Virus record (IMG/VR): IMGVR_UViG_3300012942_000123
Location: 1 to 26,526 of that record
Direction: 5' to 3' (one strand)
Length of the DNA stretch: 26,526 bases
From: a virus
Taxonomy: Duplodnaviria > Caudoviricetes
The notes beneath the pieces were generated by a model. It searched no databases, was not told the DNA's origin, and was given only the letters and a program-made list of their open reading frames with translations. Below are positions 1-9,200 of this stretch, one piece after another. Within the stretch, counting starts at the first letter, position 1. Every line of letters begins with the position of its first letter. A program made the position numbers and the translations under genes.

Positions 1-81
1 CCTGAAAAATGCCCCGGGGGAGGTAAATTCTCAAACAATCCCACCTGGAACCCGGTGGGTAAAGCTTGAAAGGAGCTGCAA

Positions 82-3000
82 GTGGCATCGGTTAACAGCA
101 AAACCTCTGCTGAGATTGACGACCTGCTTCGAAGCATGGTTGTCTCCGCTGAGATCACTGCCGAAGGCCAGCTGCTCCTCACCACTAAGGGCGGCACTGT
201 TGTCAACGTCGGTCCCGTCGGTGCTTCTAGCTCTCAGATCGAGCAGATCGTCGATGACAAGACCGCCAACCTCTCCGAGCAGATCGATGATGCACAAGCT
301 CTCGCTGCTTCGAAGGCTGAGACGACCATTGCGAACACGCCCCCCACTTCTCCGGCTGCCGGCGACCTGTGGTACGACACTTCCACGACCCCTCCCTCTG
401 CGAAGATGTGGGATGGAGACTCGTGGGAAGCCGCAGATGCTGCTGCTCAGTCTCTCGCCAACACTGCCAAGCAGTTGGCAAGTAACAAGGCCGTTGTCAC
501 GGTCGGTCCGAACATTCCTGCCAGTGCTGCGCTTGGTGACATCTGGTATGACACGGCGCTGAGCCCGACCAAGACCTTCGTATGCAAGCTCGCTTACAGC
601 TCCGGTGGTTCGCTCGGCGTCAACTTCTCTCCGGTCGAGGACCCGGTGGCTCAGGCTACCGCTAACTCCAAGGCGACTGGTACGGTGGGTGCTACGGCTC
701 CGACCAACCCGCAAAAGGGTGACAGCTGGACTGACACTGCGCTCACTCCGAACGCCACGTTCACCTGGAGTGGGTCCCAGTGGATCGCTGATGATGCAAC
801 GGCTCAGGCGATCGCTCAGACCAAGGCCAGCTCGAAGTCTGGATCGGTTGCTCCGACCAACCCGCTGATCGGCGACCTCTGGTACGACACAAGCGGAACC
901 ACGCCCCAGGCCAAGATCTGGAACGGAACAACGTGGGCTATCGTCGATGCTGGTGCTGCCGCCTCGGCTCAGCTTGCTTATACTCTAGCGAGCACTCGAG
1001 TCAAGGCAACCGTTGCTTCCGTTGCTCCCAGCGGAGCTGCCAAGGGGGATCTATGGTTTGATACCTCGACCACTCCCACCGCGGCAAAGGTGTTTGATGG
1101 TAGTGCATGGGTTCCGGCTGATGCTGCGGCTCAGGCTATTGCCAACCAGACTCAGACGTTGCTGGAGCAGAAGGCTACGGTCACTGTTGATTCGGTCGCG
1201 CCTACGTCTCCTGACACGGGCGACCTGTGGTACGACACTTCTACGACTCCGGCTGCAGCGAAGATCTGGAATGGTTCTGCTTGGGCTCAGGCGGACTCAT
1301 CTGCTCAGGCAGCTGCTGCTTCGGCTTCGGGTCTTGCCAGTCAGGCGAACACCCTCGCTGGCGGTAAGGCGAAGATCACGGTTAGCAACACGGCGCCGTC
1401 GACCAAGGCCACCGGCGACATCTGGTATGACACCGCCACTACCCCGGCTTCAGCTCAGGTGTGGAATGGTACAGCTTGGGTTGCTGCTGACTCAGCAGCA
1501 AAGGACATCGCTACTCAGGCCGGGACCCTCGCCGGATCCAAGGCGAAAGCTACGGTCAGCAACACGGCTCCGACTGGACCGTCTGTGGGGGACCTCTGGT
1601 ACGACACCACGTCTACCCCGGCTGCGGCTAAGATCTGGAATGGGTCTAGCTGGGCTGCTGCTGATGCGGCTGCTCAAAATGCTGCAGGTCTTGCTTCCAC
1701 CTTGGCAGGCACCAAGGCTAAGGTGACTGTTGCGAGTACTGCTCCGACCTCTCCGGCTGCTGGTGATATGTGGGTCGACACCTCGACGACCCCTGCTCCA
1801 GTTAAGACCTGGAGTGGTTCGGCGTGGATCGCTGTGGATGCTGTTTCGCAGTCCATCGCTCAGGGCAAGTCCACAGTCAGTACGTCGAGCACCATGCCGA
1901 CTAAGGCATCGCTCAATGATGTTTGGAACGACACCTCGGTGACCCCTCAGGTTACTCGTATCTGTACCGCGGCTTACACGTCGAATGGTACCGTCGCTTC
2001 CAACTGGGCTAAGGTTGTATCGGACGCTGTCGCACAGACTATCGCCAATGGTAAGAACAAGACGACGGTTGGCAATGCAGCCCCGTCGAGTCCTGCTACT
2101 GGTGATATGTGGGTTGACATCACCCTGTCTCCGGCTGGGGTTAAGACCTGGAATGGTACCGCATGGGTGCTTGGTGGAGACGCTACGGCACAGGCTACAG
2201 CAACTGCCGCTCAGACCGCAGCCAATGCTAAAGCCACGGTCGTAGTCTCTTCGACTCAGCCCACGACGCATGCTACAGGCGATTTGTGGTACGACACGTC
2301 GACCACCCCGGCTGCGGCCAAGGTGTGGAATGGTTCTGCTTATGTTGCTGCCGACGCTTCGGCTCAGAGTGCTGCTGCAGCTGCTTCGACTCTGGCCGGA
2401 CAGGCGAACACTCTCGCTGGTACCAAGGCGGATGTGACGATCGGTAGTACTGCTCCAGCGACGAAGCAGACCGGGGATGTCTGGTATGACACCAGCACGA
2501 CCCCGAATGCGGCTAAGACCTGGAACGGTATGACTTGGGTCGCTTTGGATTCTGCTGCAGCTAAGGCTGCTTCCGATGCTGCAGCTACTGCATCTACGGC
2601 AATCACAAATGCAAGTAGTGCCCTTACGGCCGCCAACGCCAAGGCTACGATCGTGGTTTCTGGTACGCAACCCGGTACTCATGCTACCGGAGATCTGTGG
2701 TATGACACTTCCACAACCCCAGCTGCGGCTAAGGTTTGGAATGGTACGACTTATGTTGCTGCGGACTCTTCTGCTCAGGCCGCTGCTGCTTCGGCCTCGA
2801 CTGCTGCTTCGGCTGCTTCGACTCTGGCTGGAACCAAGGCTGATGTCACTATCTCATCCTCGGTACCGGCGACGGCATCGGTGGGTGATGTCTGGTATGA
2901 CACTGCGGTCACCCCGACCATCACTTACATTTGTAAGACCGCTTATTCTTCGGGTGGCACCACATCGAACTACTACCAGGTTGCTGATCCAGTAGCTCAG

Positions 3001-6000
3001 TCGAATGCATCTACGGCAATCACCAATGCGTCGAATGCTTTGACCGCAGCCAATGCTAAGGCCACTGTCGTGGTTTCGAGCACCCAGCCCAGCACACATG
3101 CATCTGGTGATATCTGGTATGACACTAGTACTACTCCGGCTGCCGCCAAGGTTTGGAATGGTACGGCTTATGTTGCAGCTGACTCGGCTGCGCAGAATGC
3201 TGCGAGTCAGGCTTCTACAGCTGCCTCAAATGCCAGCACCCTTGCGGGCTCTAAGGCTGATATTACGATCAGCAGTACGGCTCCCACCACCAAGGCCACT
3301 GGCGATGTCTGGTACGACACGAGTGTCACACCCAACGCTGCCAAGACCTGGAATGGAACCACCTGGATTGCGCTAGATGCAGCCGCTATCAAGGCTGCCG
3401 GTGATGCGAATACCGCTGCGGGGAATGCTTCGACCTTGGCTGGAACTAAGGCCAAGGTTACCGTTAACAATACTGCCCCTTCCGCTCCGGCTACTGGCGA
3501 TATCTGGTACAACACTTCTACTACTCCCGCGACTGTGGAGTCTTGGAATGGATCTTCGTGGATTGTTTCTGGTGATACAACAGCTCGGGCTTCGGCAAAT
3601 TCCAAGGCCACTATCACTATAGGTCCATCTGCTCCTTCCACGAAGCAGACGGGCGACCTGTGGTATGATACATCCATAACTCCGAATGCTATCAAGACCT
3701 GGAATGGTTCTGCTTGGGTCTCTGCAGATTCTGCGGCTTTGGCTTCCGCTGGAATCAAAGGTCGTATCTATTCTCAGCCCACAGCACCTTCGCCAGTAGA
3801 CATGAATGGTCTCTGGATCGATACTGATGCGGGAAATAAGGTCTATCACGGATCTCGTCGCGCTATCTATTATGGGTTCACTCGAACCGGATCGAATATT
3901 CCCGGAAGACTCACCAACCTTGGTTGGGAAGTAACCCAGGTTGACACCATGCCTACCGTCGATCAAGCCAAGGGTTATGACCTATTGGTTCTCGATGCTC
4001 AAGTTTGGTCTGCCAGTGGTGATTACCAAGCCTTCTTTAATGCTGGTCTGAATATCTTCACCTCAGGTAATGACACGACACATATCAATGGTATGTTCAC
4101 CACTACCATAACGAGTGACTATACGACAACACCTACGCATCCTTATCCGGGAAGTTCTCACCCCGTTGCTCAGGGCTGGAACCCGTATACCGATAACGAT
4201 AACGTTCGGTATCTTGGTGGTCTGGATGCTTCTGCATCGATTGTCGGTTCCAATCTTATCGGGACTACCGAACAACCCATGATCGTTGTCAAAGAAGGTT
4301 CTCTTGGTCAGCGTTGGATCCATTGCCAGACGGCATCTTCGTATACTCCGATTGATGTTATGACGGCTATGTTTACATGGCTTACTACGTGGGTCCCTTC
4401 TCAAGACGCGGGTATTTCGGCAGCCCAAACAACAGCTTCCGCAGCTCAAGGCGTCGCTAACAACACCCAGACTAGGTTGAACCAGCTTGTTACCGGTGAC
4501 CTCACGGTCGAGGGCGTTCTGAATGTCAACCTCCAGGTTGCTAAGTCACTCATCCTGAACAAGGGTAGTGGCGCTAAGAACTCCATCATCATCGATCCCG
4601 ATCTGGGTATTCAGATCAACGATCCTACGGGTAGTACGTTTATCGAACTTCCGACAGATCCAAGTAAGTCGGCGAGTTTCAACGGAGACGTTACAGCAAC
4701 CAGTATCACAGCTGAGAAGACGACTTTCCATGGCACTGAGAACGAAGTTGTTCCTGCAGCTTCTCTCACACTGAGTAACGCGGTCTCACCACCGAAGAAC
4801 TCTCCTATTGCTGCCTCGACGCCCTACACGAACATTACGGTTCCCGGATTTACGTATCCGACTGCTCCTAGTGGTTCGAGTCTCCTTTCTTATGGGGGTT
4901 ACCAGCCAAGAGACACCGCTCCACTATACGGTGCACTGATTATTGGTATCGATAACAACCTGAACACCACTTATCGAGCCACAGTCTATTCGCCGAATGT
5001 CCTGACCACAGCAGCAACGGTATCGACCACGCTGCCAGCCAACGTTCTTTCGGTTCTGAATACCAGCGGGTTTTCCTGGATTCATTCTCAGGATATTGGA
5101 TTCGTGATGATCGGTACGACCTGTTTCCTCAAGGTTAGCACTACGATCTACAAGTGGACGCACGGTTCATCTACGGCAGCCACGGTCTTTAATCTTGGTG
5201 CGTACAACTGGACGCTAGGTACGGACGGAACCAACCTTTATGTGGTCGGTGGCACGAATTACGCAGCCATGCCGAACTTCTATAGCGTCAACCAGTCTAC
5301 TGGTGCGTTGACGCTCATCGGTGCTCTCCCCAGTGCGGCAGGATCCGCCTGGTGGGATCCCATGACCCAAGGCGATAACAGCATTGGACAAGGTCCAGAA
5401 GAGAATGCTATCTATATCGGAACGTTCGATCGAGGTGTCAAACAGCTTATTCTTGTGGCTGATGACGGAACCTCGTATTATATGAATGCTTCGACTCTCG
5501 CTGACACTTCTTCATCGAATCCGTCAGATATTCCTGGAACCTTGTGGGATCCCAGTGGAGCTCGGTTCTACAACTATGTTCCTACTGCTGGGGCCTCGGC
5601 TAAGTTGGCAACCAAGTTCTCCAAGAACAAGGATGTTACTCCCGTCTGGGTCGCCTACACCTGGCGAAACCCAAACAACGGCGATCACGAAACCACCCTC
5701 GGTCCTCCGGTTCAGGTATCGGTGAGTCCTTATTGGGGTATTTCGGTTACTCGACCTACGCCTCCGACTGCGGGTACAGCTGGTGATGTTCCTCAGACAG
5801 CTCGAATCTATGCTGCTCGTGGGACTACTCAGCCGGCCTCATCTGCCTTCCGGATGTTCTTGGAAGACAATGATACTGCAACGAACATGATCTCGTTCGA
5901 CCTTACTTTCGGCACAACGGCACCTCCTACTACGGGCGAATTCCCGACAGGAACGCCAGGACTGCTCGAGAGTGAGGCTGGCGGGTTCGTCGTTCGAGGC

Positions 6001-6582
6001 GACGGGACTGGCGCTTGGCCTGGTTTGGTTCCCATCGGCTCGATGCAGATGTTCTTGGGTACCACTGACCCCGCTGGATGGATGATTTGTGACGGACGTT
6101 ATTTGTCCCGAACGCAGTATGCGGATCTTTATGCCGTTCTAAAGCCGGCTATCGACGCTGGCTACATCGGTCAGGGTGATGGATCTACCACCTTTAACTT
6201 GCCTGACATGTCGGGTCGAGTGGGTGTCGGTCTCGATCCCGATGGTGAAGCTGCTAGTGTGACTCATATCGGTGAACGTGGTGGTGAGGAAACTCACCTC
6301 TTGACTGCTAACGAGTCCGGCCTTCGTTCTCACAACCACTCCGCAAGCTCTAGCGCAAGCACGAGTGTGAGTGGTACGAACAACTTCGTTCGCTATGTTG
6401 GTACTGGCGGTGGAGGTAATGCTAACCTGACCTTCGGTGGGTCGAACAACCTCATCGGTCAGGTCTTGTCGGTCGGCGTTAGTGTCTCGACTTCGGTCGG
6501 TGCTGTAGCTGCCGCAAACGCTGCTACTGCTCACAACAACATGCAGCCATACATGGGTGTCAACTACATCATCAAGTACTAG
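82..6582 (+). CDS. Long tail fibre / minor tail protein with ~20 Trp-containing repeats and a C-terminal phage tail-collar-like domain
   Basis: GTG start with SD AAAGGAG at 69-75. Repeats read P..GD(L/I/V/M)W(Y)DT..TP..K.WNG..W, joined by Ala-rich linkers. The C-terminus (from ~6028) reads VPIGSMQMF..PAGWMICDG..LSRTQYADLY..GDGSTTFNLPDMSGR..HNNMQPY..NYIIKY, typical of tail collar domains. Confidence 0.88.
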   Translation: MASVNSKTSAEIDDLLRSMVVSAEITAEGQLLLTTKGGTVVNVGPVGASSSQIEQIVDDKTANLSEQIDDAQALAASKAETTIANTPPTSPAAGDLWYDTSTTPPSAKMWDGDSWEAADAAAQSLANTAKQLASNKAVVTVGPNIPASAALGDIWYDTALSPTKTFVCKLAYSSGGSLGVNFSPVEDPVAQATANSKATGTVGATAPTNPQKGDSWTDTALTPNATFTWSGSQWIADDATAQAIAQTKASSKSGSVAPTNPLIGDLWYDTSGTTPQAKIWNGTTWAIVDAGAAASAQLAYTLASTRVKATVASVAPSGAAKGDLWFDTSTTPTAAKVFDGSAWVPADAAAQAIANQTQTLLEQKATVTVDSVAPTSPDTGDLWYDTSTTPAAAKIWNGSAWAQADSSAQAAAASASGLASQANTLAGGKAKITVSNTAPSTKATGDIWYDTATTPASAQVWNGTAWVAADSAAKDIATQAGTLAGSKAKATVSNTAPTGPSVGDLWYDTTSTPAAAKIWNGSSWAAADAAAQNAAGLASTLAGTKAKVTVASTAPTSPAAGDMWVDTSTTPAPVKTWSGSAWIAVDAVSQSIAQGKSTVSTSSTMPTKASLNDVWNDTSVTPQVTRICTAAYTSNGTVASNWAKVVSDAVAQTIANGKNKTTVGNAAPSSPATGDMWVDITLSPAGVKTWNGTAWVLGGDATAQATATAAQTAANAKATVVVSSTQPTTHATGDLWYDTSTTPAAAKVWNGSAYVAADASAQSAAAAASTLAGQANTLAGTKADVTIGSTAPATKQTGDVWYDTSTTPNAAKTWNGMTWVALDSAAAKAASDAAATASTAITNASSALTAANAKATIVVSGTQPGTHATGDLWYDTSTTPAAAKVWNGTTYVAADSSAQAAAASASTAASAASTLAGTKADVTISSSVPATASVGDVWYDTAVTPTITYICKTAYSSGGTTSNYYQVADPVAQSNASTAITNASNALTAANAKATVVVSSTQPSTHASGDIWYDTSTTPAAAKVWNGTAYVAADSAAQNAASQASTAASNASTLAGSKADITISSTAPTTKATGDVWYDTSVTPNAAKTWNGTTWIALDAAAIKAAGDANTAAGNASTLAGTKAKVTVNNTAPSAPATGDIWYNTSTTPATVESWNGSSWIVSGDTTARASANSKATITIGPSAPSTKQTGDLWYDTSITPNAIKTWNGSAWVSADSAALASAGIKGRIYSQPTAPSPVDMNGLWIDTDAGNKVYHGSRRAIYYGFTRTGSNIPGRLTNLGWEVTQVDTMPTVDQAKGYDLLVLDAQVWSASGDYQAFFNAGLNIFTSGNDTTHINGMFTTTITSDYTTTPTHPYPGSSHPVAQGWNPYTDNDNVRYLGGLDASASIVGSNLIGTTEQPMIVVKEGSLGQRWIHCQTASSYTPIDVMTAMFTWLTTWVPSQDAGISAAQTTASAAQGVANNTQTRLNQLVTGDLTVEGVLNVNLQVAKSLILNKGSGAKNSIIIDPDLGIQINDPTGSTFIELPTDPSKSASFNGDVTATSITAEKTTFHGTENEVVPAASLTLSNAVSPPKNSPIAASTPYTNITVPGFTYPTAPSGSSLLSYGGYQPRDTAPLYGALIIGIDNNLNTTYRATVYSPNVLTTAATVSTTLPANVLSVLNTSGFSWIHSQDIGFVMIGTTCFLKVSTTIYKWTHGSSTAATVFNLGAYNWTLGTDGTNLYVVGGTNYAAMPNFYSVNQSTGALTLIGALPSAAGSAWWDPMTQGDNSIGQGPEENAIYIGTFDRGVKQLILVADDGTSYYMNASTLADTSSSNPSDIPGTLWDPSGARFYNYVPTAGASAKLATKFSKNKDVTPVWVAYTWRNPNNGDHETTLGPPVQVSVSPYWGISVTRPTPPTAGTAGDVPQTARIYAARGTTQPASSAFRMFLEDNDTATNMISFDLTFGTTAPPTTGEFPTGTPGLLESEAGGFVVRGDGTGAWPGLVPIGSMQMFLGTTDPAGWMICDGRYLSRTQYADLYAVLKPAIDAGYIGQGDGSTTFNLPDMSGRVGVGLDPDGEAASVTHIGERGGEETHLLTANESGLRSHNHSASSSASTSVSGTNNFVRYVGTGGGGNANLTFGGSNNLIGQVLSVGVSVSTSVGAVAAANAATAHNNMQPYMGVNYIIKY
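322..3849 (+). repeat. Intragenic tandem protein repeats: 19 complete GDxWxDT units plus a 20th split unit
   Basis: Counted in the translation. Units are roughly 150-210 nt and strongly diverged at synonymous positions. Confidence 0.9.
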
Positions 6583-6590
6583 GAGTTTGA

Positions 6591-6935
6591 ATGTCGGACT
6601 ACAGTGCCGTCGCCAAAATGACGGGCAGTATGTCGCTGGTTGAGCGCATTGCCGCTTGCTACGCTACCCAGCCGAATGCTACCGAGGATCCTCGTCAGTG
6701 GGCTCTTAAGCGTATCTGGCAGTTTGCTGCTCAGCCGGGCTGGTCGGATGCTTGGGATTATGCCGAGTCTACGGCAAACATCAATGTCAATCCTGACACT
6801 GGCGCTCGCAACGACGTCATCGGCGATGACAAGATCCTGGCAGCGGTCCAGCTCATCCTCAACCCGCCGGCCCCGGCCGAGGACCCGTCCACGGATACCG
6901 CTGCGGACACCTCGACCGAGACTCCGGCTAGCTGA
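6591..6935 (+). CDS. Hypothetical phage protein, possibly tail-fibre associated
   Basis: SD AGGAG overlaps the upstream TAG. Trp-rich core WQFAAQPGWSDAWDYA and an acidic Pro/Thr tail. Lies directly after the fibre gene. Confidence 0.75.
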   Translation: MSDYSAVAKMTGSMSLVERIAACYATQPNATEDPRQWALKRIWQFAAQPGWSDAWDYAESTANINVNPDTGARNDVIGDDKILAAVQLILNPPAPAEDPSTDTAADTSTETPAS

Positions 6936-6946
6936 AAGGCGATTTC

Positions 6947-7219
6947 ATGACCGAGAATACTCCGGAGGCGCAGGCAACCCCTACCGCTCCGAGCGATCCC
7001 AACCAGGTCACGCTGAAGGTCACCGATCCGTTCTGGGTCCAGGCCTTCCACTTCATCCGCGAGGGTGAGGAGACCATCGATATCACGCCGGCCGGTTCCC
7101 CGGTTCCTGCTGATCTGACAGACGCGATCATCGCCGATGCCAAGACGCACGACGTGACTATCGTCAAGGTCGACGACCAGCCGCAGGCTCCGGTCGAGGG
7201 CGACCCCGCCCAGGCGTGA
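6947..7219 (+). CDS. Small acidic hypothetical protein
   Basis: GAAAGG upstream, strong GC3 codon bias, fills the gap between neighbours. Confidence 0.75.
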   Translation: MTENTPEAQATPTAPSDPNQVTLKVTDPFWVQAFHFIREGEETIDITPAGSPVPADLTDAIIADAKTHDVTIVKVDDQPQAPVEGDPAQA

Positions 7220-7227
7220 TCCACGAT

Positions 7228-7280
7228 CTAGGACTGCGCTCTATCTTGCCTCACGCAGGTAACGCTATCCGCAGTCCTAG
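7228..7280. promoter_or_regulatory. Intergenic stem-loop: 11-bp perfect inverted repeat enclosing an inner hairpin
   Basis: CTAGGACTGCG (7228-7238) pairs with CGCAGTCCTAG (7270-7280). Inner arms TTGCCT (7246-7251) and AGGTAA (7257-7262). No U-tract follows. Confidence 0.6.
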
Positions 7281-7306
7281 TCCCTAACTTAGAAAAGGAG
7301 GAGACT

Positions 7307-7666
7307 ATGGCTCGCCGTAACCCAGAGCAGCATAACTCATCGCCTCTTCCTCCACCGGCAACTACTCTCGAGGGACGCGAAGCACAGCTTGTGGCTGCCG
7401 CTTTCGACCTCGTTGAGAAGCGAATCCATGACGGTAGTGCTTCGGCACAGGAAACCGTTCACTTTCTCCGTCTAGGCACAACACGTGAGCGCCTAGAGCA
7501 GGAGAAGCTTCACAATGAGCTCGGAGTTCTTCAAGCACGCGTGAAGGAAATGGAGAATCGACGCTCCGGCGAGGACATGTACAACAAGGCTCTTGCCGCC
7601 TTCCGCGGATACTCCGGACAAGGCCCGATCGAGGATGATGACGAAGATGATCCGGACCTATTCTGA
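7307..7666 (+). CDS. Conserved phage protein, putative terminase small subunit
   Basis: SD AAGGAGG. Helical protein (PATTLEGREAQL..DLVEKRIHDGSASAQETVHFLRLG..coiled coil..AFRGYSG) overlapping the HNH gene. The TerS role is inferred from context. Confidence 0.6.
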   Translation: MARRNPEQHNSSPLPPPATTLEGREAQLVAAAFDLVEKRIHDGSASAQETVHFLRLGTTRERLEQEKLHNELGVLQARVKEMENRRSGEDMYNKALAAFRGYSGQGPIEDDDEDDPDLF

Positions 7667-8054
7667 CCTGAGACGACTGGAGACGCTCGAGGAGCGCTTT
7701 GACTATCTGTCGCTCGGCGGAACAATCGGTGAAACCACTTTCGGCTTCGATCGATGGATTAATCAAGCTTTCTACCACTCCACCGAGTGGAGACAAATTC
7801 GAAACCACGTTATTGCTCGGGACAATGGTTTCGATCTCGGTGCTGACGATACGCCCATTCGAGGTGCACATCTCATCCACCACATGAATCCACTAGTTCT
7901 CTCCGACATCGAGGATGCGACAGAGAACCTACTGGATCCTGAGTTTCTGATCACGACTGCACTACGCACTCACAATGCGATTCATTATGGTGACAAAAGA
8001 CAACTTCCCCGGCCTTTTGTCGAACGCAGTCCAGGCGATACACGTTTGTGGTAA
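7647..8054 (+). CDS. HNH endonuclease (packaging-associated)
   Basis: EWRQIRNHVIARDNGFDLG..IHHMNP..LITTALRTHNAIHYG. Start placed at MIRTYS (7647), downstream of GAGGA at 7631-7635. Confidence 0.85.
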   Translation: MIRTYSDLRRLETLEERFDYLSLGGTIGETTFGFDRWINQAFYHSTEWRQIRNHVIARDNGFDLGADDTPIRGAHLIHHMNPLVLSDIEDATENLLDPEFLITTALRTHNAIHYGDKRQLPRPFVERSPGDTRLW

Positions 8055-8074
8055 CCCAACGAAAGGAAAACATC

Positions 8075-8353
8075 ATGTCTGGTAGCAAGGTTTCTGTCGG
8101 CACCGTCGTTCTCACTTCGGTTGACCCCCGCACCAACAACGGCTCCGATGAGGCTCCGGCCATCGTGACCCGTGTCCTGGACACCGAGGACAAGGAGACG
8201 CGAGTTAACCTTCGCGTACTTCTCGATGGTGACGAGACCCTGAATCTCCGCAACGTTCCCTTCGACTCCAAGAAGCCGAAGGACGAGGACTCCGACGACG
8301 AGGACGCTCCGGCCACCCAGCCGGCCGTCAAGCGCGCCGCCTGGTCCGTCTGA
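8075..8353 (+). CDS. Hypothetical protein (small beta-rich domain plus acidic tail)
   Basis: SD GAAAGGA at 8061-8067, ATG at 8075, strong GC3 bias. Confidence 0.75.
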   Translation: MSGSKVSVGTVVLTSVDPRTNNGSDEAPAIVTRVLDTEDKETRVNLRVLLDGDETLNLRNVPFDSKKPKDEDSDDEDAPATQPAVKRAAWSV

Positions 8354-8362
8354 GGTAGGCCC

Positions 8363-8905
8363 ATGGCGAAGCACCCTGTGCCGAACGTACCCTTTGTAGA
8401 AGCAAAGCGCAAGGGAAACAAGCATAAGCCGACGGCGATTGTTCTTCGTGCCTCATTCACGCCTTCGACGCAGGGTGCTGCGCTAGAGATTGCCCGATAC
8501 TGGCATCGAGATGCTCAAACCGACGCATGTCACTATGTGGTTGACTCCGGATCGACATACCGGTGTATCCCCGATGGGGTCTCAAGTTTGATGGGCGCTG
8601 CTCTTCAAAATGGTACCATTTGGGTTAATCTCTGCTGTGAACCGAACGAGGATAAAGAGCTTTTCTTCAAATCTACCGGTCCGAACCTCCTTGATCGTGC
8701 TGCCGATCTAGTTGCCGAGCTCTGTCTCTCGCACAAGATCCGCCCAGTTAAACTGAGCAGGAACGAGCAAGGCAAGTGGTACATGTGGAAACGTCGGTCC
8801 CGAGGTGGAGTGATCATCAACATCGAGGGAGCATTCCCTTCCAAGGAGTTCATGGATACCGTGCGTTGGAAGATACGACAGAGGGAGGTGAATCGTCATG
8901 AGTAA
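8363..8905 (+). CDS. N-acetylmuramoyl-L-alanine amidase (Amidase_2/PGRP-like) homologue, probably catalytically degenerate
   Basis: PTAIVLRAS..IARYW..ACHYVVD..IWVNLC..LDRAADLVAELCLSHKIRPVKL follows the amidase_2 layout, but the Zn-ligand His of IVxH is Arg. Confidence 0.7.
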   Translation: MAKHPVPNVPFVEAKRKGNKHKPTAIVLRASFTPSTQGAALEIARYWHRDAQTDACHYVVDSGSTYRCIPDGVSSLMGAALQNGTIWVNLCCEPNEDKELFFKSTGPNLLDRAADLVAELCLSHKIRPVKLSRNEQGKWYMWKRRSRGGVIINIEGAFPSKEFMDTVRWKIRQREVNRHE

Positions 8906-9200
8906 TCTGCAGTGGTACGATTATCTTCGGATGCTGACTATGCTGATGACTTTGATCTCGCTTTATGTATCGGGTCATCACGCCATCAGACAGTGGGACA
9001 AATACACCAATCGTCTCAAGTCCCTATGGTGGGCATTCAACGCCTTCCTTCTTCTGATGTTCGAAGGAAGCCTTGAGCAGATCCTACAAAATGCAACCTG
9101 GGGTCCTCGAACTCTACTGAGTTTCATTGTTTCGGGAGTGGCTCTACGAGCAATTCTCCAGGGAGACGGATTCCTCAAGGATGAAAGGAGCGGTCTGTGA
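8898..9200 (+). CDS. Membrane protein with ~3 TM helices, holin candidate
   Basis: SD GGAGGTG, three hydrophobic stretches, charged C-terminus, located among lysis-type genes. Confidence 0.65.
   Translation: MSNLQWYDYLRMLTMLMTLISLYVSGHHAIRQWDKYTNRLKSLWWAFNAFLLLMFEGSLEQILQNATWGPRTLLSFIVSGVALRAILQGDGFLKDERSGL

Noticed and set aside
1492-2682. 396-aa minus-strand ORF and the Leu/Arg-rich alternative-frame ORFs within the fibre gene
   Set aside because: By-products of Ala/Thr/Ser-rich repeats; Ser/Arg/Cys- or Leu/Arg-rich nonsense composition.
322-3849. Possible CRISPR array or DGR template/variable repeats
   Set aside because: Repeats are conserved at protein level and vary at synonymous sites. 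I saw no identical DNA repeats with spacers, no adenine-specific variation, and no cas or reverse transcriptase gene.
7593-7646. Upstream start for HNH given in the ORF track (likewise 8048 and 20382)
   Set aside because: Better SD-supported starts exist at 7647, 8075 and 20391.
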